Assembly: GCA_016793965.1 (NCBI GenBank)
Contig: JAEULF010000065.1
Location: 1-47,428, forward strand
Direction of reading: 5' to 3'
From: Alphaproteobacteria bacterium
GTDB lineage: Bacteria > Pseudomonadota > Alphaproteobacteria > JAEULF01
Length of the DNA stretch: 47,428 nt
The notes beneath the pieces were generated by a model, which worked only from the letters and a program-made list of their open reading frames with translations, made no database searches and had not been told where the DNA came from. This document shows, piece after piece, positions 37,300-46,484 of this stretch. The translations under genes and the position numbers were made by a program. The first letter of the stretch is position 1; each line of letters begins with the position of its first letter.

Positions 37300-37977
37300 T
37301 CACGTCCCCTCGTCTGCGACGACCAGCCCGTCCTTCATGCGGACCCGGCGCGACGCCGTCTGCGCCAGCCCCTCGTCATGCGTCACGACGATGACGGTCC
37401 GGCCCTCGCGCGCCAGCGTCCTGAAGATGCCGAAGACGGCGGCGGCGTTCGCGCTGTCGAGAGCGCCGGTCGGCTCGTCGGCCAGCAGGTAGGCCGGATC
37501 GTTCGCGAGAGCGCGCGCTATGGCGACCCGCTGGCGCTGGCCGCCGGAGAGCTGATCCGGACGCTTGCCGGCCTGGTCGCCGATGTCGAGCGATTCGAGC
37601 AGCGCGCGGGCGCGCGCCGCCGCCGCTTCCGGCGCCAGGGCACCGAGGCGCCGCATCGGCAGCCGCACGTTCTCCAGCGCCGAGAACTCGGGCAGCAGGA
37701 AGTGGAACTGGAAGACGAAGCCGAAGCGGGCGAGCCGGAGCGATGCCCGGGCGTCCTCGGCGAGCGCCGCCGACGGGGCGCCATCGACCAGGATCTCGCC
37801 GGCCGTGGGCACGTCGAGCAGCCCGAGGAGGTAGAGGAGCGACGACTTCCCCGATCCGGACGGACCCGAAACCGCAACGAACTCGCCAGGCGCGATCGAT
37901 AGGTCCACGTCGCGCACAAGGACCTGCTGCACCGGTCCTGGCAGGATCCGCGTCAGGCCGCGCGCCTCGAGCGTCAT
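37300..37977 (-). CDS. ABC transporter ATP-binding protein (MacB/LolD-type)
   Basis: Start at the ATG at 37977, overlapping the permease stop (ATGA). Motifs GPSGSGKSS, LSGGQRQRVAIARAL and LLADEPTGALD. 225 aa. Confidence 0.9.
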   Translation of the reverse strand: MTLEARGLTRILPGPVQQVLVRDVDLSIAPGEFVAVSGPSGSGKSSLLYLLGLLDVPTAGEILVDGAPSAALAEDARASLRLARFGFVFQFHFLLPEFSALENVRLPMRRLGALAPEAAAARARALLESLDIGDQAGKRPDQLSGGQRQRVAIARALANDPAYLLADEPTGALDSANAAAVFGIFRTLAREGRTVIVVTHDEGLAQTASRRVRMKDGLVVADEGT

Positions 37978-39215
37978 GCAGCGCCTCGGATGATCTCCAG
38001 GGGATTGGTCCGCGCGGCCCGGCGCGCGGGCAGCCAGCCCGCCACGACGGCGGAGAGCGTCGCCAGTCCGCCTGCCAGGGCGTAGCGCCATGCCGGCAGC
38101 GAGACGAGGAGCGTCTGGTTGGGGTCCGTCGCGCCCGGAGCGGGCACGGCGCGCAACGCTTCCGCGATGCCGAAGCCCACGCAGAAGCCGACAAGGCTGC
38201 CGAGGACGCCGACGATCAACCCCTCGATCACGAAGATGCGCGCGATGGACGCGCCGGAAAAGCCGATCGACTTCATGATCGCGATGTCGCGCGCCTTCTC
38301 CAGGACGACGGTGGAGATCACGTTGAAGATGCCGAAGCCGGCGACGATCAGGATGGCGCCCACCGTCGAGTAGATGATGACGTTCTGGAGCGTGAACACC
38401 GCCAGGACGCGGGCGTTCGTCTCCTCCCACGGCGCAGCCTTGTAGCTCCACCGGCTCTCGATCAGCGCCGCCATCTCGATCGAGCGCGAGACGTCGTCGA
38501 GCCTGATCCTGATCTCGTTGACGATGCGCGGGCGGTCCTGCAGCGACTGCTGCTTGCGAAGCCCGACGAAAGCCTGCCCGGAGTCGAGCGCTTCCAGCCC
38601 TGTCTTGAAGATGCCGACGACGCGCAGCCGGGCGACCTGCGCGCTGCGCGACACCCCGTTCACCGCATCGCCGACCTCGACGCCCATGCGGTCGGCGAGC
38701 GTCTTCCCGAGGATGATCCCGTCTGGCGTCGCCTTCAGCGCATCGATCGTTCCGGCGATCATGTCGCTCGCGAGGGACGTGACCTGGACCTCTCGGTCCG
38801 GATCGATGCCCAGGACCGCGACCGACCAGTCGCGCCCTGCGCGGCGGAGGAGGACCTGGCCGCGCAGCGTCGGCGCGGCCGCCACGCCCGGGATCGCCGC
38901 CAGGCCCTCGAGCATCTCCGCCGCGTGGTTGATGCCGCGGACGGGGTCGCGCGGCAGGACCCGACGGATCTCGACGGCGGCGTCGGCATGCTGAGCGTGC
39001 AGGGGCTGCTCGGCGGGCAGCCGGAACTCGTCGGTGACGACGATGTGCGGGTTCGACTCGATCAGCTCGCCGCGGAAGAACTCGTGGAAGCCGTTCATCA
39101 TGCCGGAGATGGCGATGAAGAAGCCGACGCCCAGAGCCACGCCGAGCATCGAGACCGCCGTCTGCCTCCTGCGGCCGAGCAGGTGAGCGAGCGCCACGGC
39201 AAGCGTCAGCGGCAT
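37974..39215 (-). CDS. ABC transporter permease, FtsX/MacB-LolCE family
   Basis: 413 aa. An N-terminal TM helix, a large periplasmic domain and a C-terminal FtsX-like 3-TM bundle (ILIVAGFGIFN...IAIMKSIGFS). Confidence 0.85.
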   Translation of the reverse strand: MPLTLAVALAHLLGRRRQTAVSMLGVALGVGFFIAISGMMNGFHEFFRGELIESNPHIVVTDEFRLPAEQPLHAQHADAAVEIRRVLPRDPVRGINHAAEMLEGLAAIPGVAAAPTLRGQVLLRRAGRDWSVAVLGIDPDREVQVTSLASDMIAGTIDALKATPDGIILGKTLADRMGVEVGDAVNGVSRSAQVARLRVVGIFKTGLEALDSGQAFVGLRKQQSLQDRPRIVNEIRIRLDDVSRSIEMAALIESRWSYKAAPWEETNARVLAVFTLQNVIIYSTVGAILIVAGFGIFNVISTVVLEKARDIAIMKSIGFSGASIARIFVIEGLIVGVLGSLVGFCVGFGIAEALRAVPAPGATDPNQTLLVSLPAWRYALAGGLATLSAVVAGWLPARRAARTNPLEIIRGAA

Positions 39216-39227
39216 CGCCGGCCTCCC

Positions 39228-40259
39228 CTAGCGCGCCGCTCGCGCCCGCCGACCCTCGGCCAGCGACTGCGGCGGCATGGCGACCACCTGGTCGCCCTGA
39301 TCGAGGCCGCCAAGGATCTCGACCCATTGCGGGCCCGTCGCGCCGGCCTCGACGGGGATTCGCCGCAGGCGCCCGTCCCTGACGACCCAGACGGCAGCAG
39401 CGCCCGGCCGCCCGCCGCGCGGCGGCCCGCGCACGATCGACGTCGCCGGCACGAGGAGCGCCTCGGCTCGCTCCGAAAGGACGATGTTGACGTCCACTGT
39501 CATGCCCGGCCGCAGCGGCGCGTCCGCGCCGAGCAGGGCTTCGATCCTGAAAGTCCGCGTGCCGCTGTCCGCGGAATCGTAGATCCTGGAGACGGTCGAG
39601 CTGAACACCCGGCCCGGGAAGCCCTCCGCACGTGCCGCCACGGCTGCGCCAGGCCTGATGCGCGGAATGTCTCTCTCGTCGACGTCGGCAGCGATCCGCA
39701 ACCGCCCGGGCGCGGCAACGACGAATGCCTTCGAGTTCGCCGCAAGGCTCTGACCGACATCGACATCGCGGCTGATGACCACCCCGTCGAGCGGCGCCAC
39801 GATCCGCATGTCCGCGACCTGGGCCCGCACGGCCTCCATCGCCGCGCGCGCCTGGACCGCTTCGCTCTCCGTCCGCTGCAGGGCCTGCTCGGACGCCGCG
39901 CCGCGGCCGATCAGCGCGCGCTGGCGCGCTTCCTCGCGCTCGGCCAGAGCAAGGCGGGCGCGCGCCTCCTCAAGCTTGTGCTGGACCTGCTGGTCGTCGA
40001 GCGTCGCCAGCACCTGGCCGCGCTGGACGCGATCGCCGACATCGGCCAGCAGCCGCTCGACGCGGCCGGCGGCAACAGGACCGACGCGCGACGAATCGAC
40101 GGGCTCCACCACGCCGGTCGCATAGACGGCGTCGATCGCCGTCCCCCTGCGCGGCTGCGCGGTCTCCACGGCCACCGGCGAATACTGGCGCCACCCGTAC
40201 CAGGCGACCGGCGCTGCCAGGGCGACGACGAGGGCGATGACCGTCAATATGCGACGCAA
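39228..40259 (-). CDS. Periplasmic adaptor (membrane-fusion, HlyD/MacA family) subunit
   Basis: 343 aa, apparently with a TTG start. An N-terminal anchor, a coiled-coil region (LEEARARLALAEREEARQRAL) and a beta-barrel C-terminus. Confidence 0.8.
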   Translation of the reverse strand: MRRILTVIALVVALAAPVAWYGWRQYSPVAVETAQPRRGTAIDAVYATGVVEPVDSSRVGPVAAGRVERLLADVGDRVQRGQVLATLDDQQVQHKLEEARARLALAEREEARQRALIGRGAASEQALQRTESEAVQARAAMEAVRAQVADMRIVAPLDGVVISRDVDVGQSLAANSKAFVVAAPGRLRIAADVDERDIPRIRPGAAVAARAEGFPGRVFSSTVSRIYDSADSGTRTFRIEALLGADAPLRPGMTVDVNIVLSERAEALLVPATSIVRGPPRGGRPGAAAVWVVRDGRLRRIPVEAGATGPQWVEILGGLDQGDQVVAMPPQSLAEGRRARAAR

Positions 40260-40436
40260 GGGATCGGCCGCCGTTGCTCGTTGAATTCAGGAAGAGTTCT
40301 ACCCGCAACTCGGCATTGCGGCATCGGGCAAAGCGCCGCGGTCGGCTCCGCCTCCGGCGACGCAGCATCGCCCCCATCGGGCGTAAGCCGTTCGGCCAAG
40401 CTCGCAAGTGCGGCGCCATTTGCGTACTCTGACGCC

Positions 40437-40772
40437 ATGAGCAAGCGCCTGACGAGCTCCGGTCGGTCAATCATCGCGATCACGCCGCCGCGGTACGCCA
40501 CGCGATCGGAATGGATCGACGGCTTGGTCGAAGTCGCCCAAGAGGTGCCCTGGATCGATCCGCGCTGCCGCGTCGCCTCGGCGCTGGCGCCCGTGGCGCA
40601 GTGGGCTGCGCGATCGCGCAGCGAGGCGGCCTTGCGGCGCGTCGCACTGGAGATCGCGAAGCACGGCCCGGAGTGGGACGCGCTCCGGCCGCTCGGGCTT
40701 CGCGCCCGTGCCGTTCTCGGCGCCGAGCCAAGCGACCGCGGCGACGCCGGGCAGACCCGCGCCGGCGCCTGA
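40437..40772 (+). CDS. Hypothetical protein (111 aa)
   Basis: An ATG-initiated high-GC3 frame in a region otherwise free of genes. No motif recognised. Confidence 0.4.
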   Translation: MSKRLTSSGRSIIAITPPRYATRSEWIDGLVEVAQEVPWIDPRCRVASALAPVAQWAARSRSEAALRRVALEIAKHGPEWDALRPLGLRARAVLGAEPSDRGDAGQTRAGA

Positions 40773-40785
40773 GCGGTCGCATCTC

Positions 40786-41388
40786 TCAGGGGTCGGTCGG
40801 TTCCCCGGGAGGATTGCCGAACACGGGGAATGCCGCCTGGCCGAGAACGGCGGCGTGGTGGCCGAGGGCCCAGCGTACCGTCGGGAACGCGATCTCGGTC
40901 CATGGGATCTCGTCCCAACCGAACATGCGCACATCCAGGCTTTCCTCGCCGGGCGCATAGCCAGGTACGGCGAGCGTCGCGCGGTAGATCAGTTGGACCT
41001 GGCCGATTCGCGGGATGTCGTAGACGGCGAGGAGGCGATCGATCGCGATACGGGCGCGCGCCTCCTCCCAGGCCTCGCGGCGGGCACCGTCCGCAGCGCT
41101 CTCTCCGGTCTCCATGTAGCCTGCCGGCAGCGTCCAATAGCCCAGGCGGGGATTGATCGCTCGCCGGCACAGGAGGTAGCGGCCATCCACCGCGACGACG
41201 GACCCGACCACGATCTTCGGGTTCAGGTAGTTCACGAAACCGCAATCGGTGCAGACGAGACGCTCGCGCGTGTCGCCCTCCGGGATCGCGCGCGTGACGG
41301 GGCCGCGCAGCTTGTCGCGCGAAGGCCCTGCCGGTTCAGCCTCCCGGCCCGCGTCGCTGCGATCCGCCCCCGGGCGTCGGTCGTCCAT
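40786..41388 (-). CDS. NUDIX hydrolase with an N-terminal zinc-ribbon
   Basis: 200 aa. CTDCGFVNYLNPK zinc-ribbon remnant. The Nudix box is GYMETGESAADGARREAWEEARA. Confidence 0.8.
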   Translation of the reverse strand: MDDRRPGADRSDAGREAEPAGPSRDKLRGPVTRAIPEGDTRERLVCTDCGFVNYLNPKIVVGSVVAVDGRYLLCRRAINPRLGYWTLPAGYMETGESAADGARREAWEEARARIAIDRLLAVYDIPRIGQVQLIYRATLAVPGYAPGEESLDVRMFGWDEIPWTEIAFPTVRWALGHHAAVLGQAAFPVFGNPPGEPTDP

Positions 41389-41403
41389 GAGACGCCCCGG
41401 GCG

Positions 41404-41613
41404 CTACACCAGGATGTTGAGGATGGACCCGCGCGGCAGCGTCCGCGGCAGCGATGCCAGCCAAGACAGGTCGAGCATGTCCAGCGGGAACTGCGGATTC
41501 TCCCAATCGTCCTCGAGGGCGGCGCGCACCCTCTGGCGCAAATCGGCCAGCCTCTGCCGGAAAGGCGTTGCCGGAGACGCCCCGACCCGCACGGAGCTCG
41601 AACGGATTTCCAT
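41404..41613 (-). CDS. Hypothetical small protein (69 aa), possibly co-transcribed with the NUDIX gene
   Basis: Moderately high GC3. Its stop lies 15 nt upstream of the NUDIX start. No recognisable motif. Confidence 0.3.
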   Translation of the reverse strand: MEIRSSSVRVGASPATPFRQRLADLRQRVRAALEDDWENPQFPLDMLDLSWLASLPRTLPRGSILNILV

Positions 41614-41908
41614 GTCCCACGCCCTCCGCGCGCGTGCGCCTCGTCCGCGTCGACGGACTCGCTGCCTGCCGCATCGCTCTCAGCGCCCGATCCGCCGAGT
41701 CGCGTCGAATCCTGCCTTGCTCTGAGCAAGATGACGTTAACGGCGTTGTCTTGCCCGAGATCATGCAGAGCGAGCAACCACTTCGTAATCGCAATGCTGC
41801 CGTATTGCCTATGCCCTCAGGCACGGTGCCCAGGACATCCGCACAAGTGCGGCCGCGCCGCAAATCCGCTACACAGGGACGGGGTCTTGGAGATGAAGAA
41901 CGCGGCAC

Positions 41909-43111
41909 ATGGCTGACGCCGACAAAGAGAAGAAATCTGCAGGCAAGGACGCAACCGGAGGTGGCGAGTCGCAGCGTCCGAGCTCCGGTTACGATCGTTT
42001 GGTGGCGTTGGCTCGCAACAAGTCGGCGCAGAGCCGCCGCGAGCTGGTCGAAGCGGTCGGCGACCTCGTCTTCGAGCGCGATGCCGTGCTCAGCGAGCGC
42101 GAGCGCGCGCTCATCACGGTGGTGCTCGAGCGCCTCATCCACGAGGTCGAGGTGCCGGTCCGCAAGGCGCTTGCCGAGCGGCTCTCCAACGCGGCCCACG
42201 CTCCGCATGACCTGATCCTCGCGCTCGCGAACGACGAGATCGAGGTCGCGCAGTCCGTGCTCACCCACTCCGTCGTCTTGCGCGAGCTCGACCTGATCGA
42301 GGTCGTCAGGCACCGCACGATGGAGCACCAGCTGGCCGTCGCGGTCCGCAAGCACGGCCTGACGGAGAGCATTGCCGCCGCGCTCGTCGAGCAGGGCCAT
42401 GTCGACGTCATGAAGGCGCTGCTGGAGAACAAGGACGCCCAGATCAGCCGCGCGACGATGGAGTACCTCGTCGAGCAGGCGAAACGGAAAGACACGCTGC
42501 AGAACCCGATCCTGCAGCGTCATGATCTCGACCCCGGGCTGGCCAAGAAGCTCTATTGGTGGGTGTCGGCAGCGCTGCGCCGGCACATCCTCGACCGTTT
42601 CCAGGTGGATCCCAGCGAGCTCGACGACCAGCTCGAGGCGACGGTGCTGGACCTGGTCGACGAAGCGAAGGCGAACGGCACGCCCGCAAGCAAGGCGGAG
42701 GCGCTCGCCCACCAGCTCAAGGCCAGCGGCGCTCTCGACGCGAAGCTGCTCGTCCAGGTCCTTCGGCAGGGCGAGGTTCCCCTGTTCGAGGCGATGTTCG
42801 CGGAGCTCGCCGACCTCCGCCTCACGCTCGTCCGGCGATTGATCTACGAGTCGGGCGGCGAAGGTCTCGCCATCGCCTGCCGGGCTCTCGGCGTCGAGAA
42901 GCCGGTCTTCGCCTCGATCTTCCTGCTCAGCCGTCGCGCGCGGCCGGGCGACCAGACGGTCGACCCGATGGAGCTGTCGCGCGCCCTGGCCTTCTTCGAC
43001 GGGCTGGAGAAGGATGCTGCCGAGCGCATGCTCAAGCGCTGGCGCCGCGATCCGCAGTTCCTCGAGGCCGTCTGGCGCGTGGACTCGGGAAAGCCGCCGC
43101 CGGAGAAGTAA
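41909..43111 (+). CDS. DUF2336 domain-containing protein (HEAT/ARM-like helical repeats)
   Basis: 400 aa, all-helical and repeat-like (...EVAQSVLTHSVVLRELDLIEVV...). It resembles the alphaproteobacterial DUF2336 family as I recall it. Confidence 0.65.
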   Translation: MADADKEKKSAGKDATGGGESQRPSSGYDRLVALARNKSAQSRRELVEAVGDLVFERDAVLSERERALITVVLERLIHEVEVPVRKALAERLSNAAHAPHDLILALANDEIEVAQSVLTHSVVLRELDLIEVVRHRTMEHQLAVAVRKHGLTESIAAALVEQGHVDVMKALLENKDAQISRATMEYLVEQAKRKDTLQNPILQRHDLDPGLAKKLYWWVSAALRRHILDRFQVDPSELDDQLEATVLDLVDEAKANGTPASKAEALAHQLKASGALDAKLLVQVLRQGEVPLFEAMFAELADLRLTLVRRLIYESGGEGLAIACRALGVEKPVFASIFLLSRRARPGDQTVDPMELSRALAFFDGLEKDAAERMLKRWRRDPQFLEAVWRVDSGKPPPEK

Positions 43112-43169
43112 GGCGCACGACCGCGCCGACGCGCTCGCCGCGCCGGGGCGGCTTGAAGGGGAAGCGCGC

Positions 43170-43919
43170 GTGTCTGGGGCGGCGACGCATGCCTATGGCG
43201 GCCCGCGCGCCGCGCTCCGGGGCGGGGCGCGCGAGGCCCTCGGCCTGCCCGCCTTCGTCCTCGCCGCGAGCTATGTCGGCTTCGGCGCACTTGCCCAGCA
43301 GAGCGGGCTCGGCCTCTGGCTCGCGCTGGCGAGCACGCCGGCCGTCTGGGCGCTGCCGGGCCAGGTCGTCCTCGTTGAGATGCTCGTCCTGCGAGCGGAA
43401 TGGCTTGCCGTGGTCGCCGGCGTGTCGCTGAGCGCCGCGCGCTTCCTGCCCATGACGCTGGCGCTCCTTCCCTACTTGCGGGAAGCTCGACCGGCGAGCT
43501 GGCGCCTCTACGCGGCGGCGCAGCTCGTCGCCGTCACCGGCTGGGCTGCGGCCATGCGGCAATGCCCGCAGCTGCCGCCTGAGGAGCGCCTGTCCTATTT
43601 CGTGGGCTTCACCCTGCCGCTCGTCGCCGGCGCCGCCTTCGGCACCGCGACCGGCTTCGCGCTGGCGGACGTCATGCCGCGCGCCGTGATGCTGGCGCTG
43701 GTCTTCGTGAACCCGATCTATTTCATGCTCGTGTTCGTCGGCGACGTGCGCCAGCGGCCGGCCGTGCTGGCCCTTGCGATCGGCGCGATCGCTGGCCCGC
43801 TGGCGCATGCCCTGACGCCCTCCTGGAGCCTGCTCCTCACAGGCCTCGTCGGCGGCACGGCGGCCTTCCTGATCGACCGGGCTTGGCGCAGCGGCCCGCG
43901 CCGCGGTGGCTCGTCGTGA
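43170..43919 (+). CDS. azlC: AzlC-family branched-chain amino acid exporter subunit
   Basis: GTG at 43170 after GAAGGGGA. 249 aa, polytopic, with the motif ...FGALAQQSGLGLWLALASTPAVWALPGQ.... Confidence 0.7.
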   Translation: MSGAATHAYGGPRAALRGGAREALGLPAFVLAASYVGFGALAQQSGLGLWLALASTPAVWALPGQVVLVEMLVLRAEWLAVVAGVSLSAARFLPMTLALLPYLREARPASWRLYAAAQLVAVTGWAAAMRQCPQLPPEERLSYFVGFTLPLVAGAAFGTATGFALADVMPRAVMLALVFVNPIYFMLVFVGDVRQRPAVLALAIGAIAGPLAHALTPSWSLLLTGLVGGTAAFLIDRAWRSGPRRGGSS

Positions 43920-44257
43920 GCGGCGCCGGCGGCGATCCCAGCCCCTGGGTGATCCTCGCCCTCTGCGTCGCCGGCACCTATCTTTGGCGCGGCCTGGGCG
44001 TCGCGCTGTCGGGCCGCATCGACCCCTACGGCGCCGTGTTCCGCTGGGTCGGCTGCGTCGCTTACGCCATGCTGGCCGGCCTGATCTCTCGCATGATCGT
44101 CAGCCCGGTGGGGCCCCTGGCGCAGACCGGCTTGGCGGACCGCCTCGCCGGATGCGCCGTCGCCGTCGCGCTGTTCTTCCTGTTGCGCCGGAACCTGGTC
44201 GTCGGCGTCGCCGGCGGCGTCACGGCGACGATGCTGCTCGCCACCTATGCGCGCTGA
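43916..44257 (+). CDS. azlD: AzlD-family small membrane protein
   Basis: The GTG start overlaps the azlC stop (GTGA). 113 aa with 3-4 TM helices. Confidence 0.6.
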   Translation: MSGAGGDPSPWVILALCVAGTYLWRGLGVALSGRIDPYGAVFRWVGCVAYAMLAGLISRMIVSPVGPLAQTGLADRLAGCAVAVALFFLLRRNLVVGVAGGVTATMLLATYAR

Positions 44258-44266
44258 CGCGGTCGC

Positions 44267-45469
44267 CTATCCCCTTTGCAGGGCGGCGACCCCCGGAAGG
44301 GTCTTGCCCTCCAGCCACTCGAGAAAGGCGCCGCCGGCGGTCGAGACATAGCTGAAAGCGTCGACGACGCCCGCATGTGCCAGCGCCGCCACCGTGTCGC
44401 CGCCGCCCGCGACGGTGAGCAGGGCCCCCTTCCGCGTCAGCTCAGCAGCCGTCCTGGCAAGGCCCACGGTGCCGGCGTCGAAAGGCGGGATCTCGAAGGC
44501 GCCGACCGGGCCGTTCCAGACGAGGGTGCGGCAGGTCTCGAGACGGCGCGCCATGGCAGCGACGGTCGCAGGTCCGACGTCCAGGATCATCATGTCGGCC
44601 GGGACAGCCTTGATGTCCACGACGCGGCTGGGAGCGCCGGCCTTGAACGCCCCGGCGACCACGGCATCGGAGGGCAGGACGATCTCGCACCCCGCCGCCT
44701 TCGCCTTGCCGGCGATGTCGCGCGCCGTCGCCGCGAGGTCGTGCTCGCACAGCGACTTGCCGACCGCGATGCCCTGGGCGGCCAGGAACGTGTTGGCCAT
44801 GCCGCCGCCGATCGCCAGGACATCGACCTTGGCGACGAGGTTGCCGAGCAGCTCGAGCTTGGTCGAGACCTTGGCGCCGCCGACGATGGCGGCGACCGGG
44901 CGCTGCGGCGCCACCAGCGCCCTGGCGAGCGCATCGAGCTCGGCCTGCATCAGCCGGCCGGCCGCCGCGGGCATGAGATGAGCCAGAGCCTCGGTCGAGG
45001 CATGCGCGCGGTGTGCGCAGGAGAACGCGTCGTTGACGTAGATGTCGCCGAGCGCGGCCAGCGCCTTGGCGAAGTCCGGGGCGTTGCCTTCCTCGCCCTT
45101 GTGGAAGCGCACGTTCTCGAGCAGCAGGACGGCACCCGGCGCGAGCGCAGCGACCGCCTGCTCGGCGGCGGCCCCGATGCAATCCTCGGCGAAAGCGACG
45201 TTCGAGCCGATCGCGGCGGAGAGCGCCGGCACCAGCGGGCGCAACGACATCTCGGGCACGCGCTTGCCGCTCGGCCGGCCGAAATGCGAGAGGACCACGA
45301 CCCGGGCGCCGCGCTGCGCGAGCTCGCGCAGCGTCGCCGCCGCGCGCTCGATCCGGGTCGCGTCGGAGACGCGCCCATCCTGCATCGGCACGTTGAGGTC
45401 CACGCGCACCAGCACGCGCTTTCCAGCGAGCGAACGTGCGAGAGCGTCCAGCGTCGGTGCGGCAGGCAT
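44267..45469 (-). CDS. pgk: Phosphoglycerate kinase
   Basis: Start at the ATG at 45469 ([10 protein letters not shown]...[12 protein letters not shown]). 400 aa. Motifs [26 protein letters not shown] and [14 protein letters not shown]. Confidence 0.95.
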   Translation of the reverse strand: MPAAPTLDALARSLAGKRVLVRVDLNVPMQDGRVSDATRIERAAATLRELAQRGARVVVLSHFGRPSGKRVPEMSLRPLVPALSAAIGSNVAFAEDCIGAAAEQAVAALAPGAVLLLENVRFHKGEEGNAPDFAKALAALGDIYVNDAFSCAHRAHASTEALAHLMPAAAGRLMQAELDALARALVAPQRPVAAIVGGAKVSTKLELLGNLVAKVDVLAIGGGMANTFLAAQGIAVGKSLCEHDLAATARDIAGKAKAAGCEIVLPSDAVVAGAFKAGAPSRVVDIKAVPADMMILDVGPATVAAMARRLETCRTLVWNGPVGAFEIPPFDAGTVGLARTAAELTRKGALLTVAGGGDTVAALAHAGVVDAFSYVSTAGGAFLEWLEGKTLPGVAALQRG

Positions 45470-45643
45470 GTCTGGATCCCCAGGCGAGAAGTGGCGGTCC
45501 AAGCGCGGCGGGAAGGGATCACAGCGATCCGGCGATGGCAAGCGGGCGCTGGGGCGCCTCACGCTGCGACCCCAAGCGCATTGACATCGGAGCCGCAGCT
45601 TCGCGACCCTGCCCGGCGCGGGCGAATCGAGGCGAAGGGCAGC

Positions 45644-46444
45644 ATGGAGGCGCGCTGGGAGCACGCGTTCATCACGGGCGCATCGAGCGGCATCGGCGAG
45701 GCCATGGCCCGCGCCCTGCCGCCGGCGACGCGCCTCCTGCTGCACGGCCGCGACGCTGCACGCCTCGGGGGCGTGGCGGAAAAGCTCGCCCGCCAAGGGC
45801 GGGCCGTCGCGGTCGTGGCGGCAGATCTCGCCACCGAGGCCGGTCGCCAGGCCGCGGTGGGTGCAAGCCGCTCCTGCCCGATCGACCTCCTGGTCTGCAA
45901 CGCCGGTTTCGGCGCCCTCGGCCCGCATCTCCAGAACGACCCCACGGCAGAGACCGACATGGTGGCCGTCAATTGCATGGCGACCGTCGCGATCTCTCGC
46001 GCGCTGCTGCCGGACATGCTCGCGCGCGCCCGCGCCTCCGGCCGGCGCTGCGGGATGATCGTGGTCGCCAGCGTTGCCGGATTCGCCCCGTTGCCCTATT
46101 TCGCCACCTATGCGGCCACCAAGGCTTTCGACCTGTTCTTTGCCGAGGCGCTTGCCGAGGAGCTGCGCGATGACCCGATCGACGTCCTGGCGCTCTGCCC
46201 GGGCGTCACCGCCACGCGGTTCTTCGAGCGGACGGGCAATGCCGAAGCGGCGCGGCGCCTGATGGCCGGCGGGCACGGCCACAGCGCCGCCCGCGTTGCC
46301 CGCGACGCGCTTGCGGCACTCGGCCGCCAGCGCGTGCTCGTGGTGGGAGCGGGCAACAGGCTGGCCACGCTGGTGCCGAGGCTGGCGCCGCGGCGCCTGT
46401 GGTCCGCCATGGCGGGCGTCGCGATGAATCGGTGGCGTCGATGA
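45644..46444 (+). CDS. SDR-family oxidoreductase
   Basis: Start at the ATG at 45644. 266 aa. Motifs [16 protein letters not shown] and YAATKAF (YxxxK). Confidence 0.8.
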   Translation: MEARWEHAFITGASSGIGEAMARALPPATRLLLHGRDAARLGGVAEKLARQGRAVAVVAADLATEAGRQAAVGASRSCPIDLLVCNAGFGALGPHLQNDPTAETDMVAVNCMATVAISRALLPDMLARARASGRRCGMIVVASVAGFAPLPYFATYAATKAFDLFFAEALAEELRDDPIDVLALCPGVTATRFFERTGNAEAARRLMAGGHGHSAARVARDALAALGRQRVLVVGAGNRLATLVPRLAPRRLWSAMAGVAMNRWRR

Positions 46445-46484
46445 ACCGGGACGCGCGGCACGCCGCGCTGACAAGGAGGCGACG

